64,000 bases of DNA from an uncultured Actinomycetota bacterium (GTDB taxonomy: Bacteria > Actinomycetota > Actinomycetes > Mycobacteriales > SCTD01). Below the pieces are notes generated by a model. The model had not been told where the DNA came from and did no database searches. It was given only the letters and a program-made list of their open reading frames with translations. The stretch lies in contig CAVXBV010000001.1 of NCBI GenBank assembly GCA_963760125.1, forward strand, positions 19,659 to 83,658, in the 5' to 3' direction. The translations under genes were made by a program, and so were the position numbers. Of the stretch, positions 51,737 through 64,000 are shown piece after piece; the first letter of the stretch is position 1; every line of letters starts with the position of its first letter.

Positions 51737-52039
51737 ATGCCGGAGATCACCCGCGAGCAGGTCGCGCACCTCGCGCGCCTGTCCCGCCTGGCCCTCGACG
51801 ACGGAGAGCTCGACCGGCTCGCCGGCGAGCTCGACGTGATCCTCGGGGCCGTCGCGCAGATCGCTGAGGTCACCGATGCAGCCGACGTGCCCCCCACCTC
51901 GCACGCGGTCCCTCTGCTGAACGTCACCCGCCCCGACGTGGTGATGCCCTCTCTCGCCCCGGAGCAGGCCCTGTCCGGCGCGCCGTCGGCGGAGGACGGT
52001 CGCTTCCGGGTCCCGCAGATCCTGAGCGACGAGGCATGA
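51737..52039 (+). CDS. gatC: Asp-tRNA(Asn)/Glu-tRNA(Gln) amidotransferase subunit C
   Basis: [39 protein letters not shown]...; 100 aa. Its stop overlaps the gatA start. Confidence 0.9.
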   Translation: MPEITREQVAHLARLSRLALDDGELDRLAGELDVILGAVAQIAEVTDAADVPPTSHAVPLLNVTRPDVVMPSLAPEQALSGAPSAEDGRFRVPQILSDEA

Positions 52040-53499
52040 CCGACCTCACCCGGCTGACTGCCGTCGAGACCCGAGAGGCCATCGCGTCGCGCCAGGCCTC
52101 TGCGGTCGAGGTCACGCAGGCCCACCTCGACCGGATCGCCAAGGTCGACGGCCAGGTCCACGCCTTCCTGCACGTCGACACCGAGGGCGCGCTGGCCCAG
52201 GCCGCGCGCGTCGACGCCGGGGAGGTCACCGGCCCGCTCGCCGGGGTACCCCTGGCGTTGAAGGACGTCCTCTGCACCGAGGGCGTCCCCACCACCGTCG
52301 GCTCCAGGATCCTCGAGGGCTGGCGCCCGCCGTACGACGCGACCGTGACCGCCCGGCTCAAGGCCGCGGGTGTCGTGATCCTCGGCAAGACCAACATGGA
52401 CGAGTTCGCCATGGGGTCGTCGACCGAGCACTCCGCCTACGGGCCGACGCACAACCCATGGGACCTGACCCGCATCCCCGGCGGCAGCGGCGGCGGGTCG
52501 TCGGCAGCCGTGGCGTCCTACCAGGCGCCGCTGGCCATCGGCACCGACACCGGCGGCTCGATCCGGCAGCCCGCGGCGGTCACCGGCACGGTCGGGGTGA
52601 AGCCGACGTACGGCGGGGTGAGCCGCTACGGCCTGGTCGCCTTCTCGAGCAGCTTGGACCAGGCCGGCCCGTGCGCCCGCACCGTGCTGGACGCGGCGCT
52701 GCTGCACGAGGTCATTGCCGGCCACGACCCGCGCGACTCCACCTCCATCGACGCACCGGTCCCGCCCGTGGTCGAGGCGGCCCGCCGCGCAGACGTCAAG
52801 GGCCTGCGCATCGGCGTGGTCAAGGAGCTGGGCGGGGAGGGCTACGAGGACGGTGTCAGCGCCCGCTTCGAGGAGGCGGTCGAGACGCTGCGCTCGCTGG
52901 GCGCGACCGTTACGGAGGTCAGCTGCCCGCACTTCGGCTACGCCCTGCCGGCCTACTACCTGATCGCGCCGTCCGAGGCGTCGTCGAACCTGGCGCGCTT
53001 CGACGCCGTCCGCTACGGACTGCGGGTCGGCGACGACGGGGTGCGCTCGCTCGAGGAGGTCACCGCGATGACCCGCGGCGCCGGGTTCGGCGCGGAGGTC
53101 AAGCGCCGGATCATCCTGGGCACCTACGCCCTGTCGTCCGGGTACTACGACGCCTACTACGGCCAGGCGCAGAAGGTCCGGACGCTCATCAGCCGCGACT
53201 TCCAGGCCGCCTGGGAGTCCGTCGACGTGCTGGTCGCGCCGACCTGCCCCACCGTCGCCTTCCCGCTCGGCGCAAAGCTCGAGGACCCGCTGGCGATGTA
53301 CAAGCAGGACATCTGCTCGATCCCCGCCAACCTGTACGGCGGTCCGGCGGCCTCCTTCCCGGTGGGTCTGTCCGAGGGCCTGCCGGTCGGCTTCCAGGTC
53401 ATGGCGCCCACCCTGCGCGACGACCTGCTCTACCTCGTCGGCGGCGCGCTCGAGCAGGCACTTCCCGTCGCCGCCCCTCCGCTGGACTGGGACGTCTGA
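52036..53499 (+). CDS. gatA: Asp-tRNA(Asn)/Glu-tRNA(Gln) amidotransferase subunit A
   Basis: Amidase signature [15 protein letters not shown]...[12 protein letters not shown]...[12 protein letters not shown]. Confidence 0.9.
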   Translation: MTDLTRLTAVETREAIASRQASAVEVTQAHLDRIAKVDGQVHAFLHVDTEGALAQAARVDAGEVTGPLAGVPLALKDVLCTEGVPTTVGSRILEGWRPPYDATVTARLKAAGVVILGKTNMDEFAMGSSTEHSAYGPTHNPWDLTRIPGGSGGGSSAAVASYQAPLAIGTDTGGSIRQPAAVTGTVGVKPTYGGVSRYGLVAFSSSLDQAGPCARTVLDAALLHEVIAGHDPRDSTSIDAPVPPVVEAARRADVKGLRIGVVKELGGEGYEDGVSARFEEAVETLRSLGATVTEVSCPHFGYALPAYYLIAPSEASSNLARFDAVRYGLRVGDDGVRSLEEVTAMTRGAGFGAEVKRRIILGTYALSSGYYDAYYGQAQKVRTLISRDFQAAWESVDVLVAPTCPTVAFPLGAKLEDPLAMYKQDICSIPANLYGGPAASFPVGLSEGLPVGFQVMAPTLRDDLLYLVGGALEQALPVAAPPLDWDV

Positions 53500-53912
53500 T
53501 GCAGATCGCCTTCGACTGCGCCGACCCGGCGACCCTCGCCGCGTTCTGGGCGCAGGCGCTCCCCGGCTACGCCCTGCAGGCGCCCCCCGAGGGGTTCGCG
53601 ACCTGGGACGCTTTCCTCGAAGCCCAGGGCGTACCACCGGAGCGCCGCAACGACGCGTCGGCTGTCGTCGGCGACGGGCCCCGCCTGTTCTTCCAGAAGG
53701 TGCCGGAGCCCAAGACCGCCAAGAACCGCGTGCACCTCGACCTGCACGCCGGTGGTGGACCCTCGGTGCCGCTTGCCGAGCAGCAGGCGAGGGTGGCCGC
53801 GGAAGTGCGTCGCCTCGTGGGCCTCGGGGCCGTCCACGTCGCCGACCACGAGGGGCTCGGCGTCTGCTGGGCTGTCCTGACCGACCCTGAGGGAAACGAG
53901 TTCTGCGCATGA
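53499..53912 (+). CDS. VOC / glyoxalase-like domain protein
   Basis: [23 protein letters not shown]...[23 protein letters not shown]...[10 protein letters not shown] is a typical glyoxalase-like (PF18029-type) pattern. Its ATG shares a base with the gatA TGA (TGATG), and its stop overlaps the gatB ATG (ATGA). Confidence 0.7.
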   Translation: MQIAFDCADPATLAAFWAQALPGYALQAPPEGFATWDAFLEAQGVPPERRNDASAVVGDGPRLFFQKVPEPKTAKNRVHLDLHAGGGPSVPLAEQQARVAAEVRRLVGLGAVHVADHEGLGVCWAVLTDPEGNEFCA

Positions 53913-55402
53913 CGGTCCCCTATGCCGAGGCCCTGCACGAGTTCGAGCCGGTCATCGGCCTCGAGACGCACGTCGAGCTCGGCACGGCCAGCAAGATGTT
54001 CTGCGGCTGCGCGACGGAGTTCGGCGCTGCCCCCAACACGCACACCTGCCCGGTCTGTCTCGGTCTTCCTGGCGCGCTGCCGGTGGTGAACGAGACCGCG
54101 ATCGAGTCGACCATCCGCATCGGCCTGGCCCTGCACTGCGAGATCGCGACCTGGTGCCGCTTCGCGCGCAAGAACTACTTCTACCCGGACATGCCGAAGA
54201 ACTTCCAGACGTCGCAGTACGACGAGCCGCTGTGCTTCGACGGCTACCTCGACGTCGTGGTGGCGGGCGAAACGGTACGGATCCCGATCGAGCGGGTGCA
54301 CCTCGAGGAGGACACCGGCAAGTCCCTGCATGTGGGTGGCGCGACCGGCCGCATCCACGGCGCGTCGCACTCCCTGGTCGACTACAACCGCGCTGGGATC
54401 CCCCTCGTGGAGATCGTGACCAAGCCGGTGACCGGCACGAAGGCGATGCCGGCCGAGATCGCCAAGGCCTACGTCACCGAGCTGCGCGACGTCCTGCGCG
54501 GGCTCGGCGTGAGCGACGTGAAGATGGAGCAGGGCTCGATGCGCTGTGACGTCAACGTGTCGCTCAACAAGCCGGGGGAGGAGTGGGGCACCCGGTCGGA
54601 GACCAAGAACGTCAACTCGCTGCGGTCGGTGGAGCGGGCCGTGCGCTCGGAGGTCGAGCGGCAGGCCGCGCGCCTGCGCGCCGGTGAGCGGATCGTGCAG
54701 GAGACGCGCCACTTCCACGAGGACACCGGGACGTCGACGTCCGGCCGGTCCAAGGAGGAGGCGACCGACTACCGGTACTTCCCCGAGCCCGACCTCGTCC
54801 CGATCGCCCCCGACGTGGCGTGGGTCGCGCGCCTGAAGGCCGCGCTCCCCGAGGCCCCTTCCGTCGTACGACGCAGGCTGGTCGAGGAGCTCGGGCTGTC
54901 GGAGGGCGACAGCGAGGCCATGGTGAACGCCGGCGTCCTCGACGTCGTGCTGGGGACCGTCTCCGCCGGTGCGCCTGCGGCAGAGGCCCGCAACTGGTGG
55001 CTCGGGCACCTCGCCCAGACCGCCAACACCACGGGAATCGACGCCTCCGACCTGGCCATCACCCCGGAGCAGGTCGCGGCCGTCATCGCGCTCGTGGCCT
55101 CGGGCGACCTCACTGCCGGGCTCGCCCGTCAGGTCGTCGACGGGGTGCTCGCGGGCGAGGGGTCGCCGGCGGAGGTCATCGCGGCGCGCGGCCTGGCCGT
55201 CGTGAAGGACGACGACGCGCTCGGCGCAGCGGTCGATGCCGCGATCGCCGCCGACCCCTCTGCGGTCGAGAAGATCCGGGGCGGCAAGGTGCAGGCGATC
55301 GGCGCGCTCGTCGGCGGGGTCATGAAGGCCACCCGCGGTCAGGCCGACGCGGCTCGGGTGCGCGAGCTCATCCTCGAGCGGCTCGGGGTCACCGAGGGCT
55401 AG
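53909..55402 (+). CDS. gatB: Asp-tRNA(Asn)/Glu-tRNA(Gln) amidotransferase subunit B
   Basis: [22 protein letters not shown]...[17 protein letters not shown]...[17 protein letters not shown]...RCDVN.S...GTRSE.KN.NS. Confidence 0.9.
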   Translation: MTVPYAEALHEFEPVIGLETHVELGTASKMFCGCATEFGAAPNTHTCPVCLGLPGALPVVNETAIESTIRIGLALHCEIATWCRFARKNYFYPDMPKNFQTSQYDEPLCFDGYLDVVVAGETVRIPIERVHLEEDTGKSLHVGGATGRIHGASHSLVDYNRAGIPLVEIVTKPVTGTKAMPAEIAKAYVTELRDVLRGLGVSDVKMEQGSMRCDVNVSLNKPGEEWGTRSETKNVNSLRSVERAVRSEVERQAARLRAGERIVQETRHFHEDTGTSTSGRSKEEATDYRYFPEPDLVPIAPDVAWVARLKAALPEAPSVVRRRLVEELGLSEGDSEAMVNAGVLDVVLGTVSAGAPAAEARNWWLGHLAQTANTTGIDASDLAITPEQVAAVIALVASGDLTAGLARQVVDGVLAGEGSPAEVIAARGLAVVKDDDALGAAVDAAIAADPSAVEKIRGGKVQAIGALVGGVMKATRGQADAARVRELILERLGVTEG

Positions 55403-56376
55403 CGGATGCTGAGCGCGGCGTCCTCGGCCAGGGCGCGGGCGTGCGCCTTCCGGGCCAGCAGCGTGGCGTTCAGCTCGGCTCCGGCGAGCAGCGAGAAGCA
55501 CAGCAGGTAGAGCCAGGTCATGAGGATCAGTCCGCCACCGAGCGCGCCGAGGATGGGCGAGCGAGGCACGACGAGCTGCAGGTAGGTGCTGAAGCCGAGC
55601 GACGCCGCGCCCCACAGGAACGACGTGAGCAGCGCCCCGGGGAGCCCTGCGCGCCAACGCGCGGGACGGTTGGGGCAGATGTAGTACAGCGTCGTGGCCC
55701 AGGCGACGAGCGCGACGATGGCCACGGGGAAGCGCACGTAGGACCAGACGAAGCTGTACTCCTCGGAGAAGCCGACCTGCATGACCACCTCGTCCGCCCG
55801 GCCGAACAGCGGCCCCACGACGAACGCGGTGACGAGCACAGCACCCGCAAGCACCGAGCCCAGGCCCAGCAGCAGTCCGATGAAGCGGCGGTGCCACCAC
55901 CCGCGCGGGTCCCGGACGTCGTAGGTGAGGGTCACGGTGTTGAGGACGCTGGCGAAGGACTGGGCGACCGAGGCCAGGGCGGCGACCAGGCCCAGTGTCA
56001 GGACCTTGCCGCTCGTGTCGAACAAACCGCTGACGGTGTCGTCCACACCGCCTGCTGACGAGGTCAGGACCTCTTGCAGGAACCGGGTGATCGCGTCCTT
56101 GACCCGCTGCGTGTTCTCCAGGCCGATCACGCCCTGGGCCTGCCCCAGGACGGCGGCGAACACGAGCAGCGTCGGGAAGACGGTCAGCACGCCCATGAAC
56201 GCGTTCTCCCCGGCCAGGCCGAGGATGCGGTCGCGGTCGCTCTTGCGCCAGACGTCGGTGAACAGCCGCCAGGTCCTGGGTACCAGGCCGGTCGGCAGGG
56301 GGCGCGCAGCGTCCTCAGCGGTCGCCGCGGCGCGGGCAGCAGGGCTGCGGCGCTCAGCAGCGGAAGAGGCCGTCAC
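55399..56376 (-). CDS. YihY/virulence factor BrkB family membrane protein
   Basis: [31 protein letters not shown]...multiple TM segments...[28 protein letters not shown] is the family signature. The start is set at GTG 56376; the track ORF extends further upstream. Confidence 0.7.
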   Translation of the reverse strand: MTASSAAERRSPAARAAATAEDAARPLPTGLVPRTWRLFTDVWRKSDRDRILGLAGENAFMGVLTVFPTLLVFAAVLGQAQGVIGLENTQRVKDAITRFLQEVLTSSAGGVDDTVSGLFDTSGKVLTLGLVAALASVAQSFASVLNTVTLTYDVRDPRGWWHRRFIGLLLGLGSVLAGAVLVTAFVVGPLFGRADEVVMQVGFSEEYSFVWSYVRFPVAIVALVAWATTLYYICPNRPARWRAGLPGALLTSFLWGAASLGFSTYLQLVVPRSPILGALGGGLILMTWLYLLCFSLLAGAELNATLLARKAHARALAEDAALSIR

Positions 56377-56411
56377 CTCACCATTCTCGCTGATCGACGT
56401 CCTGACGCACG

Positions 56412-57296
56412 TCAGGGCGTGTCCTGCGCCTCGGCGGAGCATCGGCGTGCGAGGTCGTCCAGGGCCGCCTTGAGCGCTGCGGGGCGTTCGAGCGGCAGGA
56501 AGTGCGTGCCCGGCAGGACGCTCACCTGCGCGTGGGGCATCGAGCGACCCAGGGCGACCATGTCGTCCATCGAGGTGAGCACGTCGCTCTTGCCGGCGAC
56601 GAGCGTGACGGGGACCGTGACGAACGACAGGTCCATGGGCAGGTGCTCCGAGGCTGCCACCGCCAGCCGGGTGTACCAGGACCAGTCGTGCTGCAGGAAG
56701 CGCGCCAGCATCGGCACGAGGACTTCCGGCCGTGCGGCCGGGGTCATCGCGCCGGTATGGGTCAGCACCCACGCGAGGCGCTGGTCGACCGGCAGCCGCC
56801 GGGTCAGCGCGGTGACGGCCGGGCCGACGACGCGGCCGCTACGGGCGACGCCGACGGCGAGCGGGTGGCGCAGCCGGCGCGGCACGTGCCACGGGCCGCC
56901 CATGGTGGCGAAGGTGCCACCGGGCACACCGGCGACCGCGAGGACGCCCTGCACCCGCTCTGGGTGGCGCCGAGCGAGCTCGAAGGCCATGTTGACGCCC
57001 ATCGACCAGGAGGCGACGACCGCCGAGGTGACCTGATGGGCGTCCATGAGGGCCACGAGGTCATCGACGTGGTCCTCGATCCGCACGCGCGCCGGGTCCT
57101 GGGGGCGCTCCGACCCGAAGGTCCCGCGCTGGTACCAGCTGAGTGCGGCGTAGCCGCAGTCCGGCTCGAGCAGGAACGGCCAGGCCTCGGGTGTCGTGCC
57201 CAGCCCGTTGGCGAGCACCAGGGGCACGCCCGCCTGGTCGTTGGACCATCCGACCAGGCGCGTTCCATCCGCGCTGGTGAAGGGCCGCTCGCTCAC
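56412..57296 (-). CDS. alpha/beta hydrolase
   Basis: VPLVLANGLGT...VVASWSMGVNMAFELA (nucleophile elbow, SWSMG) ...VAGKSDVLT...LPGTHFLPLERP. Confidence 0.7.
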   Translation of the reverse strand: MSERPFTSADGTRLVGWSNDQAGVPLVLANGLGTTPEAWPFLLEPDCGYAALSWYQRGTFGSERPQDPARVRIEDHVDDLVALMDAHQVTSAVVASWSMGVNMAFELARRHPERVQGVLAVAGVPGGTFATMGGPWHVPRRLRHPLAVGVARSGRVVGPAVTALTRRLPVDQRLAWVLTHTGAMTPAARPEVLVPMLARFLQHDWSWYTRLAVAASEHLPMDLSFVTVPVTLVAGKSDVLTSMDDMVALGRSMPHAQVSVLPGTHFLPLERPAALKAALDDLARRCSAEAQDTP

Positions 57297-57664
57297 GGCG
57301 CGCCGACAGCCACCAGCGCGCGTACGTCACGACGGGACAGGGCGGTGAGGCGAAGGGCCTGACCACTCGTCGTCCGGAGCCGGACCGGGCCGCGCCGGGG
57401 GAGGTCGATCGCGTCCACGTCGGTCCAGGCCACCCGACGGACGCCCAGCCCGTTACAGACCTCGATCCCCCTGGCATTGGCTCGCACCCGGGCACGCAGC
57501 ACCCAGGTCAGGACCGCGAAGGGCACAAGGAGCACCGGCGCGAACCAGGGGCTCGACAGGCCGAGGGGGAGCGCGCCCAGAAGCATCACGATGACTACGG
57601 CGACCGTCGTGCGCTCAGGCCGGAAGGCCACTGTCGTCGGGGGCGGGGAGCCGGGATCGTCCAC
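57293..57664 (-). CDS. bacterial PH-domain membrane protein (low-molecular-weight antigen CFP-6-like)
   Basis: From GTG 57664: two N-terminal TM segments ([33 protein letters not shown]) followed by [46 protein letters not shown]. Its position beside ilvD/ilvB resembles Rv3004, from memory. The stop overlaps the downstream hydrolase start. Confidence 0.55.
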   Translation of the reverse strand: MDDPGSPPPTTVAFRPERTTVAVVIVMLLGALPLGLSSPWFAPVLLVPFAVLTWVLRARVRANARGIEVCNGLGVRRVAWTDVDAIDLPRRGPVRLRTTSGQALRLTALSRRDVRALVAVGAP

Positions 57665-57761
57665 GGGACAAAGCCTCTCACCTAGAGTGCTGGCACCGCC
57701 TGTGACCCCGCCGGACCCGGCTGGACCCGACGCCGACCCTCGCTCCCAGGACGTGCCGCCC

Positions 57762-59444
57762 ATGAACAAGCCCCGCTCCCACGACGTCACCGACGGCGAC
57801 CGCCGCGCCCCCGCGCGGGCCATGCTCCGCGCCGTCGGGCTGACCGATGACGACATCAGCAAGCCGCAGGTCGGCATCGCGTCGTCGTGGAACGAGATCA
57901 CCCCGTGCAACCTGTCGCTGGCGCGGCTGGCCGAAGCGGCCAAGCAGGGGGTCAACGACAACGGCGGCTTCGCGATGCAGTTCGGGACCATCTCGGTCTC
58001 CGACGGGATCTCCATGGGACACGAGGGCATGCGGGCCTCGCTCGTCTCCCGCGAGATCATCGCTGACTCGGTGGAGGCCGTGGTCTTCGCCGAGCGCCTC
58101 GACGGCACGGTCACCCTGGCCGGTTGCGACAAGTCGCTGCCCGGCATGCTCATGGCTGCGGCGCGCCTCGACCTGGCCAGCGTCTTCGTCTACGCCGGCT
58201 CGACGCTCCCCGGCAAGCTCCGGGGCCCGGACGGCGTCGAGGAGGACCTGACGATCATCAGCGTCTTCGAGGCCGTCGGCGCCTGCGCGCGCGGCCTCAT
58301 CACGCGCGACGAGCTGCACGCCATCGAGAAGGCCGCCTGCCCCGGGATGGGCGCGTGCGGCGGGATGTACACCGCCAACACCATGGCCGCTGTGGCGGAG
58401 GCCATCGGGATGGCGCTGCCCGGCTCCGCCGCTCCGCCCGCCGTCGACCGGCGCCGCGACGAGATCGCGGCGCGCTCCGGCGCCGCGGTCGTCCGGCTGA
58501 TCGAGCAGGGCATCACCGCCCGCAAGGTGATGACCAAGCCGGCCTTCGAGAACGCCATCACGGTCGTGATGGCTCTCGGCGGCTCCACCAACGCCGTGCT
58601 CCACCTGCTCGCGATGGCGCACGAGGCGCAGGTCGACCTGTCCTACGACGACTTCAACCGGATCGGCGACCGGGTCCCGCACCTCGCGGACGTGAAGCCC
58701 TTCGGGAAGTACGTCATGACCGACATCGACCGCATCGGTGGTGTGCCGGTCGTGATGAAGGCGCTGCTCGACGCTGACCTGCTGAACGGCGACGCGCTCA
58801 CCTGCACCGGTCGGACCATGGCCGAGAACCTCGAGGAGATGGACATCGCCCCGCTCGACGGCGATGTCCTGCGGCAGCTGTCCAACCCCATCCATGCGAC
58901 CGGAGGCATCACGATCCTGCGCGGCTCGTTGGCGCCGGACGGCGCGGTCGTGAAGAGCGCCGGGTTCGACGGCGACGTCTTCGAGGGACCGGCCCGGGTG
59001 TTCGACGGCGAGCAGGGCGTCATGGACGCGATCGAGCAGGGCACCCTCGACAAGGGGTGCGTGGTCGTCATCCGCTACGAGGGCCCCAAGGGCGGCCCGG
59101 GTATGCGCGAGATGCTCATGGTGACCGGGGCCATCAAGGGCGCCGGGCTCGGCAAGGACGTGCTCCTGCTCACCGACGGCCGCTTCTCCGGCGGCACCAC
59201 CGGGCTCTGTGTCGGTCACATCGCGCCCGAGGCCACGGACGGCGGACCGATCGCGCTGGTCGCCGAGGGCGACACCATCCGTCTCGACCTCGGAGCGCGC
59301 ACCCTCGACGTCCTCGTCGACGCGGCCGAGCTCGAGCGCCGTCGCTCCGGCTGGACGCCGCTCGCCTCCCGTTACCCGACCGGCGTCCTGGGCAAGTACG
59401 CCAAGCTGGTCGGCTCTGCCGCACAGGGCGCCATCACCGGCTGA
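57762..59444 (+). CDS. ilvD: dihydroxy-acid dehydratase
   Basis: [26 protein letters not shown]...[14 protein letters not shown]...AGCDKSLPG...[16 protein letters not shown]...[12 protein letters not shown] 57762 is preferred to the long track ORF start 57477. Confidence 0.9.
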   Translation: MNKPRSHDVTDGDRRAPARAMLRAVGLTDDDISKPQVGIASSWNEITPCNLSLARLAEAAKQGVNDNGGFAMQFGTISVSDGISMGHEGMRASLVSREIIADSVEAVVFAERLDGTVTLAGCDKSLPGMLMAAARLDLASVFVYAGSTLPGKLRGPDGVEEDLTIISVFEAVGACARGLITRDELHAIEKAACPGMGACGGMYTANTMAAVAEAIGMALPGSAAPPAVDRRRDEIAARSGAAVVRLIEQGITARKVMTKPAFENAITVVMALGGSTNAVLHLLAMAHEAQVDLSYDDFNRIGDRVPHLADVKPFGKYVMTDIDRIGGVPVVMKALLDADLLNGDALTCTGRTMAENLEEMDIAPLDGDVLRQLSNPIHATGGITILRGSLAPDGAVVKSAGFDGDVFEGPARVFDGEQGVMDAIEQGTLDKGCVVVIRYEGPKGGPGMREMLMVTGAIKGAGLGKDVLLLTDGRFSGGTTGLCVGHIAPEATDGGPIALVAEGDTIRLDLGARTLDVLVDAAELERRRSGWTPLASRYPTGVLGKYAKLVGSAAQGAITG

Positions 59445-59510
59445 TCCCATCATGTGAGATAGGTGTCCCAGAAATTTGACACCGGTGAACGTGGCGGGCA
59501 GGCTGTCGGT

Positions 59511-59549
59511 ATGCGCCTGCTCGTCATCGTTCGACAGCGCGACTGCTGA
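59511..59549 (+). promoter_or_regulatory. ilvB leader peptide ORF (branched-chain amino acid attenuation)
   Basis: ATG CGC CTG CTC GTC ATC GTT CGA CAG CGC GAC TGC TGA encodes MRLLVIVRQRDC, with five consecutive Leu/Val/Ile codons. Its 3' end and stop sit in an 11-bp perfect hairpin (59536-59546 / 59557-59567). A terminator follows immediately. TTGACA at 59476-59481 is a possible -35. Confidence 0.6.
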
Positions 59550-59568
59550 TCTCCTCGCAGTCGCGCTG

Positions 59569-59607
59569 ACCCCCTCCGTGCCCACGGCACAGGGGGTCTT
59601 TTTGTGT
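59569..59607 (+). terminator. intrinsic terminator / attenuator upstream of ilvB
   Basis: ACCCCCT-cc-GTGCC-cac-GGCAC-AGGGGGT followed by CTTTTTGTGT, about 48 nt before the ilvB ATG. Confidence 0.65.
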
Positions 59608-59654
59608 CCCGACTACCGTCAGAACCACCGATCTCCCCGAAAGGCCCCCTGGTC

Positions 59655-61414
<1,760 letters not shown>

Positions 61415-61418
<4 letters not shown>

Positions 61419-61939
61419 GCACCCGTCACACCCTGTCCGTGCTCGTCGAGGACAAGCCCGGTGTCCTTGCCCGCGTCGCGGCGCTGTTCAGCCGACGGGG
61501 CTTCAACATCGAGTCGCTCGCGGTCGGGCCGACCGAGCACCCGACGGTCTCCCGCATGACGATCGTCGTGACCGTCGACGACCTGCCGCTCGAGCAGGTG
61601 ACCAAGCAGCTCAACAAGCTCGTCAACGTGCTGAAGATCGTGGAGCTCGACCCTGAGTCCTCGGTCCAGCGCGAGCTGCTGCTGGTCAAGGTGAAGGCCG
61701 ATCTCACCAACCGGTCGCACGTGCTGGAGACCGTCCAGCTGTTCCGCGCCAAGGTGGTCGACGTCGCCACCGACGCCGTCACCATCGAGGCGACCGGCAC
61801 CGTCGACAAGCTCGCGGCCCTCATCAAGGTGCTCGAGCCGTTCGGCATCCGCGAGCTCGTGCAGTCCGGCCTGGTCGCCGTCGGTCGTGGGTCACGTTCG
61901 ATGACCGGCGCCGAGAACCGCCTCCGTTCCGCTTCCTAG
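61415..61939 (+). CDS. ilvN: acetolactate synthase small (regulatory) subunit
   Basis: The ATG overlaps the ilvB stop (ATGA). [41 protein letters not shown] is the ACT domain. Confidence 0.9.
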
Positions 61940-62971
<1,032 letters not shown>

Positions 62972-62991
62972 TCCGTCGCACCCACGTCAGA

Positions 62992-63019
62992 GGCCCCCGT
63001 TCCGTCAGGAGCGGGGGCC
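62992..63019. terminator. hairpin between convergent ilvC and the secreted-repeat gene
   Basis: GGCCCCCG-ttccgtcaggag-CGGGGGCC is an 8-bp GC stem with no clear U-tract. Confidence 0.45.
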
Positions 63020-63043
63020 GCTGGCGTCATCGCCTGCTGAGGA

Positions 63044-64000
63044 TCAGGCCGGCCCGAACCAGCCGGCGACGTCCAGGATGACGTTCGTCGTGCCCTGGTT
63101 GTTCCGCACCTTCAGGCGACCGGCCGAGAGCCCCACGGTCACGTGCGACGCGGCCGTCTGCCGGCGCTGCAGGTTGAGGTTCGACGCGAAGGGCACCGCA
63201 GCGCCGGACGGGTAGGCCGTGAGGTAGGTGCCGGTGGAGGGAAGTACGCCGGTCAGGTTCGCCACGACGGACGTGGCGTTCAGCGGCACCCCGGCCACGG
63301 CCGCCGGCCGCAGGTTGATCTCGCGCGACACCCCTTGGCCCAACGGGCTCGTCTCCCGGGTGTCGATCACCCGGGTCGGGCGGGTCGGCCGGAACTGGCC
63401 GCCGGACGTCGTCGGGTCGTACCAGCCGGCGAGGTCGGCGATGACGTTCGTCGACCCGGCGAAGTTACGGAAGCGGACGCGGCTGCCCGGGCCGAGCTTC
63501 ACGATGACCTGATTGGCCGTCGTCACCCTGCGCAGCAGGTTGATGCTGGACGTGCCGACGCTGCTCCCCGTCGGGTAGACCGACAGGTAGGTGTTCGTCG
63601 AGGGCGCCACCCCCGCGACGGCAAGGGTCACGGCGGTGGCGGTCGAGGGAACCGACCCGCTGAGGTCCAGGTCCACGACGCCGCCGGCACCCAGGGGGGC
63701 CCGCGGGACACCCAGCCCCGAACGGGTGTCCATGACCCGCTGCGGCGACGAGGTGGAGGTGAAGCCACCGTCGGCATCGGTCGAGTCAGGTGCGTAGTAG
63801 CCGGCCAGGTCCGCCACGAGGCGTGCAGCGCCGCCCGTGGAGTACAGCCGTACCCGCCCGCCGAGGCCGATCGGGACCGTCGCCAGGTTGGCGCGGGTGT
63901 CTCCGCGGTTCGTGTTCACGTTGGAGACCAGGGGGATCGCGGCCGTCGAGCGGCGGCCTCGGGGATACGCCCGGAGCACGTTGCTCGAGGTCGGCTTGTC
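63044..64000 (-). CDS. secreted/cell-surface protein built from ~100-aa tandem modules (5' end outside window)
   Basis: The frame is open to base 64000. There are three complete modules plus one partial. Each has RV(M/I)DTR...LG, then a ...YL(S/T)(V/A)YP(T/S)G... block, and ends (A/L)D(L/V)AG(W/Y)(Y/F) (LVADLAGYYAP, VIADLAGWYDP, VILDVAGWFGPA). Confidence 0.6.
   Translation of the reverse strand, partial: DKPTSSNVLRAYPRGRRSTAAIPLVSNVNTNRGDTRANLATVPIGLGGRVRLYSTGGAARLVADLAGYYAPDSTDADGGFTSTSSPQRVMDTRSGLGVPRAPLGAGGVVDLDLSGSVPSTATAVTLAVAGVAPSTNTYLSVYPTGSSVGTSSINLLRRVTTANQVIVKLGPGSRVRFRNFAGSTNVIADLAGWYDPTTSGGQFRPTRPTRVIDTRETSPLGQGVSREINLRPAAVAGVPLNATSVVANLTGVLPSTGTYLTAYPSGAAVPFASNLNLQRRQTAASHVTVGLSAGRLKVRNNQGTTNVILDVAGWFGPA

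Noticed and set aside
51703-55900. Two very long minus-strand ORFs (735 aa and 777 aa) over gatC/gatA/VOC/gatB
   Set aside because: They are mirror-frame artefacts of highly expressed high-GC genes. The gat subunits are identified by signature motifs on the plus strand.

Overview
This is a high-GC (about 70%+) actinobacterial chromosomal segment, densely packed with housekeeping and central-metabolism genes. Many adjacent genes are translationally coupled through ATGA, GTGA or TGATG overlaps. Most long ORFs in the supplied track are high-GC antisense or off-frame artefacts. I kept the frame whose protein shows recognisable family motifs.

Gene content, left to right:
- A homocysteine S-methyltransferase fragment.
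- nucS and a tandem-fused 3-hydroxyacyl-CoA dehydrogenase.
- Small conserved proteins, hydrolases and an SDR.
- A frameshifted AI-2E transporter downstream of a DivIVA-like gene.
- ccr.
- A four-gene block of secreted beta-propeller proteins (2x LVIVD, 2x BNR/Asp-box, one with a vWA domain).
- mce, a thiolase, meaB, moaA and a thioredoxin-TPR gene.
- A complete GlgE-pathway/alpha-glucan locus: glgB-pep2-treS-glgE, glgP and glgX, with a 2H phosphoesterase and a GAF-GGDEF cyclase wedged between glgP and glgX.
- An enoyl-CoA hydratase, etfBA, a cysteine desulfurase and mnmA.
- ligA, gatCAB, ilvD and ilvBNC with a leader-peptide attenuator.

From memory, the gene order of the right half resembles M. 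tuberculosis Rv3001c-Rv3029c.

The least ordinary stretch is 45.77-47.56 kb. It holds a single wHTH+DUF559 endonuclease-fold gene bracketed by inverted copies of an ~84-nt element and, outside those, by two different short-period tandem arrays. A third, solo copy of the 84-nt element lies at 4.74 kb.

No tRNA or rRNA genes, no CRISPR array and no recognisable transposase or integrase were seen.
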